Below the pieces are notes generated by a model. It had not been told where the DNA came from and ran no database searches. It saw only the letters and a program-made list of their open reading frames with translations. Below, piece by piece: positions 34,189 through 46,050 of a stretch of DNA of 64,000 bases (its first letter is position 1; every line of letters starts with the position of its first letter). Made by a program: the position numbers and the translations under genes. The DNA lies in contig RQSC01000027.1 in the NCBI GenBank assembly GCA_013416795.1, positions 652,416 to 716,415 on the forward strand. Direction: 5' to 3'. The stretch comes from Prasinococcaceae sp. CCMP 1430 (taxonomy: Eukaryota > Plantae > Prasinodermophyta).

Positions 34189-35605
34189 TTACGCTGGGCG
34201 GGTCCAGGACGTCTCGCCCGAGGCAGGGTTGCCGTAGTACACGCGCTTCGACGCCTCGTCGTACATCGCGCGCCAGCCCAGCGGCAGCCCGACGGTGAGC
34301 GTGACCAGGTCAGGTGCCCCCGCGGCGGCGACGACAGCGCGAACCTGCCGCGCTTCCGCGCCCTTGGACCCCTTGACACGCTTGCGATCAGGGGCCTCCT
34401 TGGGGTCCACGAAGGTGGTCTCGCCTGCCAGCTCGCGGCTCTTGGCGGCCCATTGGCTGATGAGCTTGTCCGTCTTCTTTCCCTTTGAGACCGAGCGCTT
34501 GCCACCAACGGCCGCTGCTGAGCGTTTGGCCGAAACGCTCGCTTGCTGCTGCTGCTCCTGCTCCTGCAATTGCTGTTGGCAATCGTGTCGCTGTTGTTGC
34601 TCGCGTCGGCGCTCGTCGGCCTCGTGCAGCAGCTGCTGCTGCTGCTGCAATTCAGCCGGATCCTGCTCGTGGGCTTGCCCTTGGGCGTTCTCGCCGCCTT
34701 CAGGCCCCGCGTTCTCGGCAGCGTCCGGTTGTGCGGCTGCAATCGAGGACGCGTGCGAGGCAAGCTGCGCCTGCACGGTGCGCGCAAGCTCGAGCGCGGC
34801 ACTCGACAGGAAGGCAAAGCCCGTCGCAGGGCCTTCATCCTCGCACATTCCGAGGGCTGCGTGCGCGCGCGCGTCGGCGTGTCAGGTAATTCAGCAACGC
34901 CCAGCGACGCGCGCGCGCGCGAGCACGCACAGGCACACGATCCGCGACCGCGCGACCGCGCGGCTCACCCCTCCAGTCAGCCACGCGCATCTCGAGTTCG
35001 ATGGCAAGGCGTACAGCAGGCGGTACCGCAGCCGCCATGGGTGCGAGCGCGGCCGCCGCGTCCGACTGCAGCGCGGCCTCGCCGAGCGCAACTGCCTCGC
35101 GCAGCGATGCAAATGCCGGATCGGGGGCAGCCGCGGGCGCGGGCGCGTCCGAGCCCGCGCCGGCGGCTGCTCCCGAGGCTGTGCCATTCGCCGCTTCGAT
35201 GTGTTCCACATCGTCGACCTGGACGCGCGTACTTTCCCCTGTGCCGCCCGCTCGAGCAAGTCGCTCGCCCTCGCCGGCCTCCGCAGCGGGAAGCTCCCAT
35301 TCAGACGCGCCCGTCGCGGCGTTGTAATAGTAAGGCTGGCCAGTCTGATCGTCGAGGTGCTGCTCCCATCCTGTGGGCAAGGCTGGTGCCACCGCGCTCT
35401 CGGGCTGAGCTGCTCGCTCGGCGGTGTCGCCGTCGTCGAAGCCGCCGCCATCGTCGTCGTCGTCGCTGCCCGCGCCGTATGCCTGCACCAACGAGAGTGC
35501 GCCAGCCGTCGCCGCGCCTCCGTCTTTGCCGCCAGAGTCTGCGCCTGCGGCGGGCGCCGTGTCCCTAGCCGCCGGCGTGCCGCCGTGGCAGGCGTGCGCG
35601 ACCAT
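34189..35605 (-). CDS. Two-WW-domain protein, FNBP4-like (start uncertain)
   Basis: ALSLVQAYG..SDDDD; WW1 LPTGWEQHLDDQTGQPYYYNAATGASEWELP; intron 34857-34968 (ELEMRVADWR|ALG); KLISQWAAKSREL; WW2 LPLGWRAMYDEASKRVYYGNPASGETSWTRP. Confidence 0.75.
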
Positions 35606-36164
35606 CCACGGCGAGGGCGCCGCTGCCTGGGCGTCGGCGGGTGCGGCGCGGGTCGGGACGGCCGCGCCACGCGGCGTCGCGGCGCTTCTCCTCGAGCACG
35701 GTGCCGCCAATGCCCGGCGGCGGCGCGGCGTCGACCGCGGCCGCGGACGCGGGCGCGCGCGGCATGACGGCGCGGCGTCAGCCGGTGCAGGTGTGGCATC
35801 CACGCAGAGGTGGGTAGGGAGGACCACGGAGCATTTTTGGAGCTGGCGGCGTGGCCACTGAAAAGGCCGACGGTATGTACTTGAGCGGTTGTACTCATGG
35901 TGTGTATGTGCATCAACGGGACGTGTGCCGCGTCGATCGACGACGTGCGTTCGCTACGCCCCCCTCCTCCCCCGACGGTAGCTCGCCGACGTGTGCAGGC
36001 TGGGCGCGACCGAGCGTGGGCTTGAGCTCGCTCGCGACAGGCCGGTACAGGAATGGGCAGTGTCGCCTCAGGAGTTGCAATTACAGGAGCGTGTGGAGGT
36101 GGGCTGGGGCGCTTACTACTGTACAGTGAGGCCCACCCCGTCCGCGGCTGGCGAGCAGCGCATA

Positions 36165-39100
36165 TTAGGCATTCTCGAGCAGCTGCAGCAGGCGCTCGGC
36201 GGTGGAACGGCGCGCCATGCAGACGGTGCCACCCTCGCGGAGGCGGCCCGCCAGCTGGATGAGGTCGCCGTCGGTGAGCAGGCCCTCAGCGTCGGGAAAG
36301 GTCGACACTCGCGTGAGCGCCTTGCAGTCGAGGCCGTACACGCACGAGTAGTCCACGTACAAGCGGCGTACGGGCGTGGCGCCGGCAGACTTCGCCGGCG
36401 GGCGCAGCAGCAGCGGTGCGAGGTGCAGGCGCAGCGCGCGCGCGTTCTCGCCGGTCTCGCGCGAGTCGATGTACGCCACGCCCGCGCTGAGCATGCCGGC
36501 GGTGTCGTAGCCGAGCGAGTCGACCGAATCGACGTACAGCGTGGCCTTGCCGGCCTGGAAGGAGCGCGGCGGGCCCTCGTCCTCCTGCCCGGGCTCGGAC
36601 TTGAGCTTCGCCAGCCTCTTCTGGTACTTCTCGAGTGCCTTGGTGGTCTCAGCGTGCAGCTTGCGCACCTCGGTCTGGCGCTCGTGCGTGGCGTAGCGCA
36701 GCGCGCGTTGCGCGGGGTGTGCGCACAGCACCAGCTCGATGCCGTTGTGCTCGGCGGGCTCGGCGTACTTCGGGCCGACCACGCCGACTTCCACCTCCTT
36801 CTTGTTCTCGCCATCCGAGTCAATGTACGTCACGCGCACGGCGAACTCCTTGGTGCCGCCGCCGACGCCCGACTCGAGCTTGAGCGGGCGCTCGGGCGGC
36901 AACAGCCACTCGGCCTCGGCCGGCGTGAGCGTCGCCGACGCAAGTACGCTGAAGTCCGGGCACAACTTGAGCAGCGCGCGCATGCGCTCCTTGACGCCCG
37001 GCCACCCGAAGGCGAAGTTGGGCTCATCGATGAACAGGCACACCTTGCCGCCGTTGATGCTGTTGCTCTGCATGAGCAGCTCGCCGACCGAGTCGATATC
37101 GCAGACGATCATGCCCGGGTTGCCCACAGGAATGCCCTTGGCGAGCCGGTCCTTGTGCTCCTTGGCCTGGAAGGCCGCCAGCTCGAGCTGCTGCGTCATC
37201 GAGCCGCTGGTGCCGCCAGCGCCCTTGGTGCGCAGCGTGCGCACCGAGTACGGGCGGCGTACCTCGAACTGCCCGGCCGACGCGCGGGTGACAACCCAGT
37301 ACACCACACCCGCGACCTCGCACTCCTGACCGACGCGGATGAGCACCTGCTTGGTGGGCACACTGTACACGAGCACGTAGCCCATGTCGTTGAGGACCTT
37401 GTGAAGCAGCACGGCACCGCACGTCTTGCCACTGCCGGGCGGCGTGGCCAGGCCGAGGATGGGCGGCGCGTCCTTCTCATTGTTGATGTACTTGGCGAAG
37501 TGCTTCGCGTGCTTCAACATGAAGTTTTGCGTCTGGTTTGGTTCGTACGACCCATCGAGAAGCTTCTTGCCAGTGATCATGCGCTGGCGGATCGCGCGCG
37601 ACGCCTGCTTGGCAGCCTGGTGCCTGCCCCTGCCGTCGAGCTCGTCCCACTCCTCCTTGGTCACGCGCCCGACCTCGGTCATCTCCTCCGAAAGCTCGTA
37701 CGCCGAGCCCTCGTGGCGGCGAAGGCGCCGCAGCACGTCCACATCATCCTTGGCGAATGTGGGCGCGATGGCCTCTAGAGCGTCCATCTTGTCCTCGTCC
37801 GACCCGCCACTCGCCCAATAGCTGAGCAGCGTGTGGAAGGTGTCGCACACCAGGACCTCCCAAGTCTTCTCCTTGTGGCGGGGCGGCGCGGCGGCGTCCT
37901 CGGGCGCGGGCTCTGATGCGGTGTGCTCCACGAGGACCTTGGCCGTGGTGGCAGAGAGCTCCTGCAGCGTATCGCGGCCGCCACGCTCGAGCACGGGCTG
38001 CAGGCATCGCCTGCGGATGGCCACGTTGGCCGGATGGTTCCACGCCTCCCGCGGGCCACCGCGCTCGGTGGTGGTGCCCGTGGCGAACATGTGATGGATG
38101 TACGCGGGGCAGAAGGGATCGCGCAACGGCTTGACCATCCAGAACATGGCCTTGTATGCGGCCTTGTCGTCGACCGTCTTGGCGGTGACCCTGTCGACGG
38201 CCTCGCCAAACGCCTCGCGCCTGTCGACGTCGGCAAGCAGGTTCTCAGCGCCCTTGCCGGTCATCTTCAGCTCCTTGGTCAGGAATGCCGCCTCGGGGCG
38301 ATCCAGCTTGCCCGCGTGCACGTGCTCGAGCAACGCCTTGCAGGCCGCCGCGAGGCCGCCCTTCTTGCGCCACTCGCGCTCGATCTTGCCGCGGTTCTGG
38401 AGGCCCTCGTCGGCCTTGTACAGAGCACCCACGAGGTGCATGTCCAGGGCGGTCTTGCATCCCAGCATCATGCGGCACGCCTCGCCGTCCCACACCTCGG
38501 CGTCGGCCTGAGCGTCGCCGAGGGTGAGCGTCTCGATCATCGCGAGACGGGTCACGCCATAGCCGAGCAGGTCCGGGTTGCTCGTGAGCACCGCAGCGAT
38601 GCGGTCCTGGTGGCGGCCCCAGTACGCCAGCATCGCGGCGTCCGACCGGCCGCCCTCCATGCGCGCGAGGTACACCTCGTGCGCGCCTCCCTCCATGAGG
38701 CCAACCTGCGCGGCGCCCAGCGCGGCAGCTGCAATGTCAGCGCCCCGCACGAACGCACGGGCAGGGCAGGAGCGAGCGGCGGCGCGCCAGCGCGCGAGCG
38801 CGTGTGCCTCAGACATCCAAGGATGGGGCCCCAGCCGCGCTCAAGCCCCGGCAGAGGCGAGCACGATCGGTTGCTGGTACTGCGAATGTGTTTGGAGAAA
38901 TGGAAACCAGACTTGTGTGTCTTCCTCATAGGCAACGCAGCGCTCCGCGCACACGCTCGCCCCTGCGCGCACTTCAAGCGACGAGGACGTACCATGAAAG
39001 CGACATTGGCGAGCGGGCCGTGGTCGATGCCCTCCCGCTCGCGCGCGGTGCCCTCATCAGCGGCAGTCGCGGACGCGTCCATGACGACGACGACGGCGAG

Positions 39101-39565
39101 GCCCGACTGGCGGAGCTCCTTCACAGTCTCCTTGGCCGCATGGCGCATGAGCGTGTACGACACGGGCTGGCCGTGCTCGTTCTGTGGCGGCAAGCGCCCG
39201 CAGCGAGGCGGCGCTCATGTCAGCACACGCCTCGGGCGCGATGACGCGACCAGAGAGCGCACTGCAGCACGCCAAGCGGGCGACCGCGCGAGCGCACTGC
39301 CTGCAGGCACGCTTGGCCCAGCCCCCCGAATTAGGGTTGTCGGTGGTCGGCGCAGCCGCCTCGGCGCAACGCCCACGGCGCTCGGCACAGCGCGCGGCCG
39401 CACCTCTTTGTAGTCCAGCGGCGCGCCAGAGTCCCTCCATAGGCGATGCGCCAGCGCGGGCCCGTCCACGAGCAGCACGGAGCGCTGCTCGGTCGAGACC
39501 TTTGCGAGGCGGCCCGGGATGTACGAGTGCTTGGCGAGCGCCGACAGCAGCCCCGAGATCGGCAT
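36165..39565 (-). CDS. PIN (XPG/Asteroid-like) domain fused to a divergent SF2 helicase-like P-loop domain, 3 exons
   Basis: Exon 1 MPISGL...LLVDG; intron 39182-39403; ..GLAVVVVMD..; intron 38706-38992; RSD..AVLTSNPDLLGYGV. C-terminal half: PPGSGKT, YSVPTKQV, IVCDIDS, FIDEP, VLASATL, QLAGRLR. Confidence 0.65.
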
Positions 39566-40296
39566 GGCGGCCGGCCGCGCGCGCGCCGCGCGGGGACGCG
39601 CGGCGCGCGCGGGGAGGGGAGAACGGGGGGGCGGTCGGCGGCCGAGGGCCGAGGCGCGATCGCCCTCCGCTCGCTGCGAGGGGTGCGGGGGGAGACTGAG
39701 GGGTGGGTGGGGGGCTTTGACCAGCGTTCGGCTGCGCGGTGTGGCGCACCCAGCCGCCAGCCAGCGCCGCCCGGGTGCGCGGATATACGCGCGCTTATCC
39801 CCGCGCGCAATTGCCGCGCGTTTCCCCTGTGTTTAAACCTATGAACGCTTCGGAGCGGCGCGCCGAAATGCCCGCGCGGACAGCCGCCGCGAGCACCGCG
39901 CGCGCGCGCGCTCGCGCGCTTTGCTTGCGCGCGAGCGCATTTCCATCCCATCGCGGTGCGGTCCAATGTGCGGCTGGGCGAGAGGGCCAAGAAACGCACC
40001 TCGACGGCCGCTGGATCGCAGCGGAGCTGGATGTACTCGCCGCCCACTTTTTGACGCGCGTCGTCACATTTTGGCTGGTCTGTCTGTCCTGTCGCCGGCG
40101 TGCTGAATGGACTACTTGTACAAGCGTGCTTAATGTGACACGCAATTGGTATCAGTGCGGCAGAGCGCAGCATCGCTGGGCGGCTACCTGAGCAGGGGAC
40201 GCGGAGGGGGGGAGAGGGGGGAAGGGGAGTGGGAGCGAAGGGGTTCGACATCGCGGCTCGCGCGCCCGCCACCCAGCCTGGGCCCACTACAGCCTG

Positions 40297-42237
40297 CTAG
40301 TCATCCTCCACGAGCGCGCTGGCCTCCTCCGCAAGAGCCTCAAGCTTCATCGCAACCTTGGGTTTCAGGAGCTCCATTGCGCGCTCGGCGCCCTCGGCCG
40401 CTGCCTCAGCTGCTCGCGCCGCGTCGCCCTCGCCCCCACGAGCGAGAAGAGCGCGCGCGAGCCGCTCAAGCACGTGGTACTGCGCGTTGCCGAATGCAGC
40501 TGCCTCGACGTCCTGTTCGTATCCCCAACCGTCGACATTCGCGGCGAGTTGAAGGTAATGGACCTCGTCGTCCGCACTAGTCGCGAGCCCCGCGAGCTCG
40601 AGTGCGGCGTCGCGGTCGCCACGAGAGGCCATCTCGCGCGTCAGCCGCTGCACGAGCGCCGACGCAGTGCCTGGGTCGGCAGAGGTGTCCACGGAGAGCT
40701 CGGGACAGTTTGCCCATTCCTGACCACCGAGCAGGCACTTCAACGCAGCGCAGGCCTCGACGCAGGGCACCCCCGGCGCGCCCGCGGCCGCGCTGCACAA
40801 GTGGAAGAGCGCCGCCGCGGGATCAGGAAGCTGATTCTCGTTGCACGCCGCTTGGCCACAGCCGTGAAGACGCGCGAGCTCGAAGTGCACGTCGGCCTGA
40901 TGGGCCAGGCGCTGTGCGTCAAGCGCGACAGCGCCCTCGCCCTCGCCGGCGCCCTCGTCCGAGCAGCCCCACGCGGACTCAGGCGCGTCTCCATAGAAGG
41001 GGGCGAGGTCGTCCAGCGTCACCACCAGGTCGGCCACGGCCTGCGCCCTCTCACGCGTCTCCACCGCGCGCGCTTCGCAAGAGCGCACGGTGCCAAGCGC
41101 CGTCCGTGCATCGAGCGTAGACGAAGGTGTGGCAAAGTGCGCAGAGTGCGTGGCGAGCGCCGCTGCCACGAGCGGCGCGAGCGGGAAGCGCGGCAGGCCG
41201 AGCCGCGACGCCAGCGGGCGATGAACGTACGTGCTGAAGAAGTGCGCGAAGCCTCGAACGCCTAAGTTGCCCTCTCCGTAGTTCTTCTTGTCGCGCGAGT
41301 GAATCTGGGGGTCGGTGTAGAGGTCGCCCACGCCTTGAATGTCGACGATGATGAGCTCGCCGCCGCTGGCGTGGTACGTGAAGTGCGAGAAGAGCTGCGG
41401 TGTCGTGCGCATGTGCTCATCGACGAATCCGCTGTTGTTGTTGTGCTTGATGTACTCCCCCTCGACGAGGCGTTCCACGGCGAACAGCGAGGGCTCGCCG
41501 CACGCCGCTCGATTGGGCATCTCGAAGTACGACCCTTGAAGGAAGTCCACTTTCTTGGGCGGATCCAGGTCGTTGAACCGCTCCGCCCACAGTTTGGATT
41601 CCATTTGCAGCACGACATCATCCGCGTACGCCTCGCGCCCGACGCCCTCTTGCTTGTACTGCTTTGCCACGTAGTTGCTCGCGTGCTCCCAGTCCATTGA
41701 GTAGCAGGCCTTGGAGCCTGGCTGCTGGGACAGCTTCTTTAGTCGGTAGCACTGACGCATGGCACCCTCGGCGAACGGTTCGCGCTCCATCTTGATGAGC
41801 ATCTCAATGGTGGACCACGTGCGAGTGGCGGCGTTGTAGTCGTGCCGCAGCGCGAGCTCCGTGGGCAGGTGCGTAATGCCGCGGTCCGCCCACGGGTCGA
41901 AGCGCGCCGTGTTCAGCCATACCTCGGTTGCCTTGCGCTGGGCCGCCTGCCAGCGCGCAGCAACCCCCACGGCATCGCTCACGCAGGTGACCTCGCCATC
42001 CCCCGCCCCATCCGCCGCACCTTCATCCCCTGCGGCGATGCGAACCGCCTCGATGGCGCCGGCCTCGGCAAGCAGCGGCACGAGGTCCGCCTCTGCGACG
42101 GTCGCGCGCCCGCCGAGCAGCGCGCGCAGCGCCGCGTCGGCGACGCGCAGCCGCTTCGCGCCCGCACGGCCGGGCGCGTCGACATCGGCCGCGTCGTCTA
42201 TGTCCAGCAGCTGCACCTGGATCGGGGAAGGCCTCAT
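40297..42237 (-). CDS. EEF2K: Alpha-kinase, eEF2 kinase-like, with C-terminal SEL1-like helical region
   Basis: RHDYNAATRTW..IKMEREPFAEGAMRQCYRLKK, YVAKQY, VVLQMESKLWAE.FN...PPKKVD, EGEYIKHNNNSGFV, TPQLFSHFT, IVDIQGVGDLYTDPQIHS, GEGNLG. C-terminus: HFELARLH..AALFHL..AA, AERAME. Confidence 0.85.
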   Translation of the reverse strand: MRPSPIQVQLLDIDDAADVDAPGRAGAKRLRVADAALRALLGGRATVAEADLVPLLAEAGAIEAVRIAAGDEGAADGAGDGEVTCVSDAVGVAARWQAAQRKATEVWLNTARFDPWADRGITHLPTELALRHDYNAATRTWSTIEMLIKMEREPFAEGAMRQCYRLKKLSQQPGSKACYSMDWEHASNYVAKQYKQEGVGREAYADDVVLQMESKLWAERFNDLDPPKKVDFLQGSYFEMPNRAACGEPSLFAVERLVEGEYIKHNNNSGFVDEHMRTTPQLFSHFTYHASGGELIIVDIQGVGDLYTDPQIHSRDKKNYGEGNLGVRGFAHFFSTYVHRPLASRLGLPRFPLAPLVAAALATHSAHFATPSSTLDARTALGTVRSCEARAVETRERAQAVADLVVTLDDLAPFYGDAPESAWGCSDEGAGEGEGAVALDAQRLAHQADVHFELARLHGCGQAACNENQLPDPAAALFHLCSAAAGAPGVPCVEACAALKCLLGGQEWANCPELSVDTSADPGTASALVQRLTREMASRGDRDAALELAGLATSADDEVHYLQLAANVDGWGYEQDVEAAAFGNAQYHVLERLARALLARGGEGDAARAAEAAAEGAERAMELLKPKVAMKLEALAEEASALVEDD

Positions 42238-42824
42238 CGCGCGCCCGCGCGCCCGCGCGCCGCGCGTCCGCTGTGGCGGGCGACACAGCCCCCTTCCCCC
42301 CCACCCCCTCCTCCCACCCCACCGGCGCGCGCGCCCGCCCAACCGCACCTCGCCGGCGTCCGGTGTCGAGGTTTCCTTCTCGAGCACTTGGGGTTATCAT
42401 TTAGGGTTCAATTCCCAGTCGCGACCCGACGTCGCACACCCGATCCATTGAATCATTTCCCCACGGGAGCGTCATCCTTGCGCCGAAGCACCATCGCGGC
42501 GAGCAGCTGGCAGTTCGCGGTTGACCCGTGCTCTCACCTGGCTGTGACCTGGGCCTTCGTAGGGCGACGCGTCCGCCTCCGCCGGCCGAGGTCCAGCCAG
42601 CCGGCCGCGTGGAGGAGGGTTCATGGTCCAACCCTAAACATCCAACCCCACGTTTTTTTTTTTTTTTGCGCGCGCGAGCGCCGCGTTTTTCCGGCGGCCG
42701 AACTGCGCGCTGCTGTGACTGACTGCGGCGCAGGCGCGGTGTTGATGCTGACGTCCGGCACACCGCGCGCCGCAGACGCCGCCGCCCCCGCCCCGCCGGC
42801 CCGATCGCCCACCCCCCCGCCGCG

Positions 42825-44509
42825 ATGGCGTCGATCCAGGAGTACATCGACAAGCACGACATCTCGAAGAAGGTGGAGGAGGCCGTCAACGCCACCGTCA
42901 AGGCGCGCGCCGCCGACCCGTGCGCGGCGCTCGCCGCCGAGTTCTCGCGCATGGCGCCGGCGGCGATCTCGGGCGTGCGCGCGCGGCAGGTGTTCGACTC
43001 GCGCGGCAACCCCACCGTCGAGGCGGACGTCACCACGGGGAAGGGCATGTTTAGGGCCGCCTGTCCCAGCGGCGCGTCCACCGGGATCCACGAGGTGAGA
43101 GAATGGGGGGCCGCCCGCGCCGGCTGCGTGCTGCGATGCGCCGCGCCGGTGGTGCGCGAGAAAACTCGTAGGGGTGGGCAGCCAGCGCAAGCGATGGGCA
43201 GTCAATACCTGCACGGCCGACGCGGCGACGCGCGCGCTCTCCGGCACACTCGCGATGCTCACGCCCTCTCTGGCGGCGCTGCCACCGGCGCCTGCGCGCA
43301 CGTGTGCCCCTCACCCGCTCCTGTCCGCTTCGCGCGCAGGCCGTGGAGCTGCGCGACGGTGGCGATGCCTACATGGGCAAGGGCGTCTCCAAGGCCGTGG
43401 CCAACGTGAATGAGATCGTCGCCCCCGCGCTGATCGGCCAGGACCCCAAGGATCAGCGCGGCATCGACAAGATCATGTGCGATCTGGACGGCACGGACAA
43501 CAAGGGCAAGCTGGGCGCCAACGCCATCCTAGCGGTGTCGATGGCCGTGTGCAAGGCGGGCGCGGCCGAGCTTGGCATCCCGCTGTACAAGCACATCGCC
43601 GAGCTGGCGGGCAACCCCAAGCTCGTGCTGCCCGTGCCCTCGTTCAACGTGATCAACGGCGGCTCGCACGCTGGCAACAAGCTGGCCATGCAGGAGTTCA
43701 TGGTGCTGCCGGTGGGCGCCGCGACGTTCACTGAGGCCATGCGCATGGGCGGCGAGGTGTACCACAACCTCAAGAAGGTGATCAAGGCGAAGCACGGCCA
43801 GGACTCCGTCAACGTGGGCGACGAGGGTGGCTTCGCGCCGCCCATCCTCTCCAACGAGGAAGGACTCGACCTGCTTGTCGAGGCCATCGAGAAGGCGGGC
43901 TACACGGGCAAGGTGAAGATCGGCATGGACGTGGCCGCCTCCGAGTTCTACACCGAGGACAAGATGTACGACCTCGACTTCAAGACCGAAGACAACGACG
44001 GCTCGCACAAGAAGTCGGGAGCGGAGATGATCCAGCTGTACAAGGACTTCTGCGAGAAGTACCCCTTCGTTTCCATCGAGGATCCCTTCGATCAGGACGA
44101 CTTCGACAACACCGCCCAGCTCACCGCCGACCTCGCGGGCGTGCAGATCGTCGGCGACGACCTGCTGTGCACCAACCCAAAACGCGTGGCCGCGGCCATC
44201 GAGGGGAAGACGTGCAACGCGCTGCTGCTGAAGGTCAACCAGATCGGTTCGGTCACCGAGGCCATCGAGGCCGTGCAGATGGCCAAGGGCGCCGGCTGGG
44301 GCGTCATGACCTCGCACCGCTCCGGCGAGACTGAGGACACTTTCATTGCTGACCTCGCCGTGGGCCTCTCCACCGGCCAGATCAAGACCGGCGCGCCCTG
44401 CCGCTCCGAGCGCCTTGCCAAGTACAACCAGCTGCTGCGTATCGAGGAGGAGCTCGGCGAGGCCGCGACCTACGCCGGGGACGACTTCCGCTTTATCGCC
44501 ATTAAGTAA
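42825..44509 (+). CDS. ENO: Enolase with plant ENO3-like N-terminal extension, 2 exons
   Basis: [23 protein letters not shown]; [13 protein letters not shown]; [10 protein letters not shown]|AVELRDG (intron 43095-43339); GDEGGFAP; SHRSGETED; [18 protein letters not shown]. Confidence 0.97.
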
Positions 44510-44592
44510 ACACGCCCTCGCGGCACACGCGCGCTCACGCGCACGCGTCCGACACATTTTGTAAAAACCCGGAAACGGGGAGTTTAGCTTCC

Positions 44593-45410
44593 TCAGGCGT
44601 CGGCGTAGACGACGCCCTCCGTCGCCTTGGCGGCCAACGCCAGGATCTCGGCGTCTGTCTCCGCGCTTAGAGACTGCAGGTAAGCGTCGTAGGCGATGCC
44701 CGCCGCTTCGAGGTCGTCTGTCTCGGTGTACACGTCCGCGAGGGATCCCAGCGCGTCTGAAACGCCGACAGGGTCGTCGTTACGCACGCTGATGACGAGC
44801 GCGTGCTTGAGCTTGGTGATGGCCTCCGGAAGTCGGCCGAGGCGCCGAAGCGCGGCCGAGGCACCCCGCTCGGCCTTCCTCTCCGCCTTCCACGCGCAGT
44901 CGAGGCTCTCGCGGATCGCCGCGTCAGTGCGCAAGTCCTTGACGACGCCCTCGAAGACGGCGAGCGCCTTCGCGGAGGCACTGTCACCGGCGCCTTCGTC
45001 GCACTCTCGCAGGAGCTTTTTGCCTGCCTTCAGGCGCGCGACAACGTCGAAGCGCGCGAGCTCGGCGTCGGCATCCACGCGCTCGCCATCGCTCGTAAGA
45101 TTGACTTTCACCCCGGCCTTAGCCTCGCGCTCGCGCTGGCGCAGCTCGGCGTTCACGGCGACGAGCGTCGCGTTGAGAACCTCGAGCTCCTTCTTGCGCC
45201 GCCGCAGGCCGACACCCGTCACGGAGGCGCCAACAAAGCCAACAACCTGCCCGAGCACGAGGTACCCTAACAGCGACTCGTGGGAGACGGCCGTGCTGCC
45301 GAGCAAGGGCAGATCGACCACAAAGTCCGGCGCCTTCTCCAGCGTCGCCGATGCGGTCTCGGCGAGTGCTCGGGCGGGATCGCCGAGCGCCGCAGCGAGC
45401 GCCACGCCAG
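44593..45410 (-). CDS. FLU: FLU/FLP-like tetrapyrrole synthesis regulator (TM + coiled coil + TPR); start unresolved
   Basis: VGASVTG...RRRKKELEVLNATLVAVNAELR, LKAGKKLLR, ERKAERG..AALRRLG, ALGSLADVYTETDDLEAAG..YDAYL parallel Arabidopsis FLU. Confidence 0.8.
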
Positions 45411-46050
45411 CGACTGCGCCCCCCGCGCCGCTGGGCCCTCCCGCGCACCGCGCCGGGACACTCACGCGCCCTCCCTCCCTTCCCACCTCGCTGCGCCTCG
45501 CAACGCCTCGCAACTTCCCGCCCCCGCGCCACCCGCCCCTCCCACAACAGCCGCCGCGCGCAGTGAGTGGCGCGCGCGCGCGCCCGCGCGCTGCTGCCCT
45601 CGCGCGACAAGATTACGGTTTAAAATGAAGGGTTTATACTACCCATCGCATCGCGTTTGCCAGGTGCGGGGTTTGGGGAGGAGGTTGAGGTTGCGGGCGC
45701 GCTCGCAGAGAAAATCCGCCAGCGCGCCGTGCAGGATATGGTTCCTCCAGTACATAGATACGGGGGCCAATACCCCAGCCGCGACGAGCGTGGCCTGATG
45801 TAGACTCCGGTCGGAACGCGGCGGCATGGCGCTGCGCCTGGCGTGACTGAGCTGCCCGAACCAGGTAATGGATTGGATTTCCGAGGGACGCGAGTCGCGC
45901 GAGATCGAAAAGGGCGGCAAACGCGGGATTCGAAACGGCTGCGGCGGCACGGAGCGCGCGAGGGCGAGGGGCGCCCCCCCCTCCCGTCGCCGCGGGAGGT
46001 AGGGGAGGTGCGCGGCGCGGCGGCACTCGCGCGGTCCGCGGCGGGAGGCC

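Noticed and set aside
38820-38860. In-frame TGA upstream of the helicase ORF as a second selenocysteine
   Set aside because: Falls inside the predicted intron 38706-38992 and has no redox motif context.
42825-42960. Extra N-terminal helical domain on enolase
   Set aside because: Matches the known plant ENO3-type extension; not novel.
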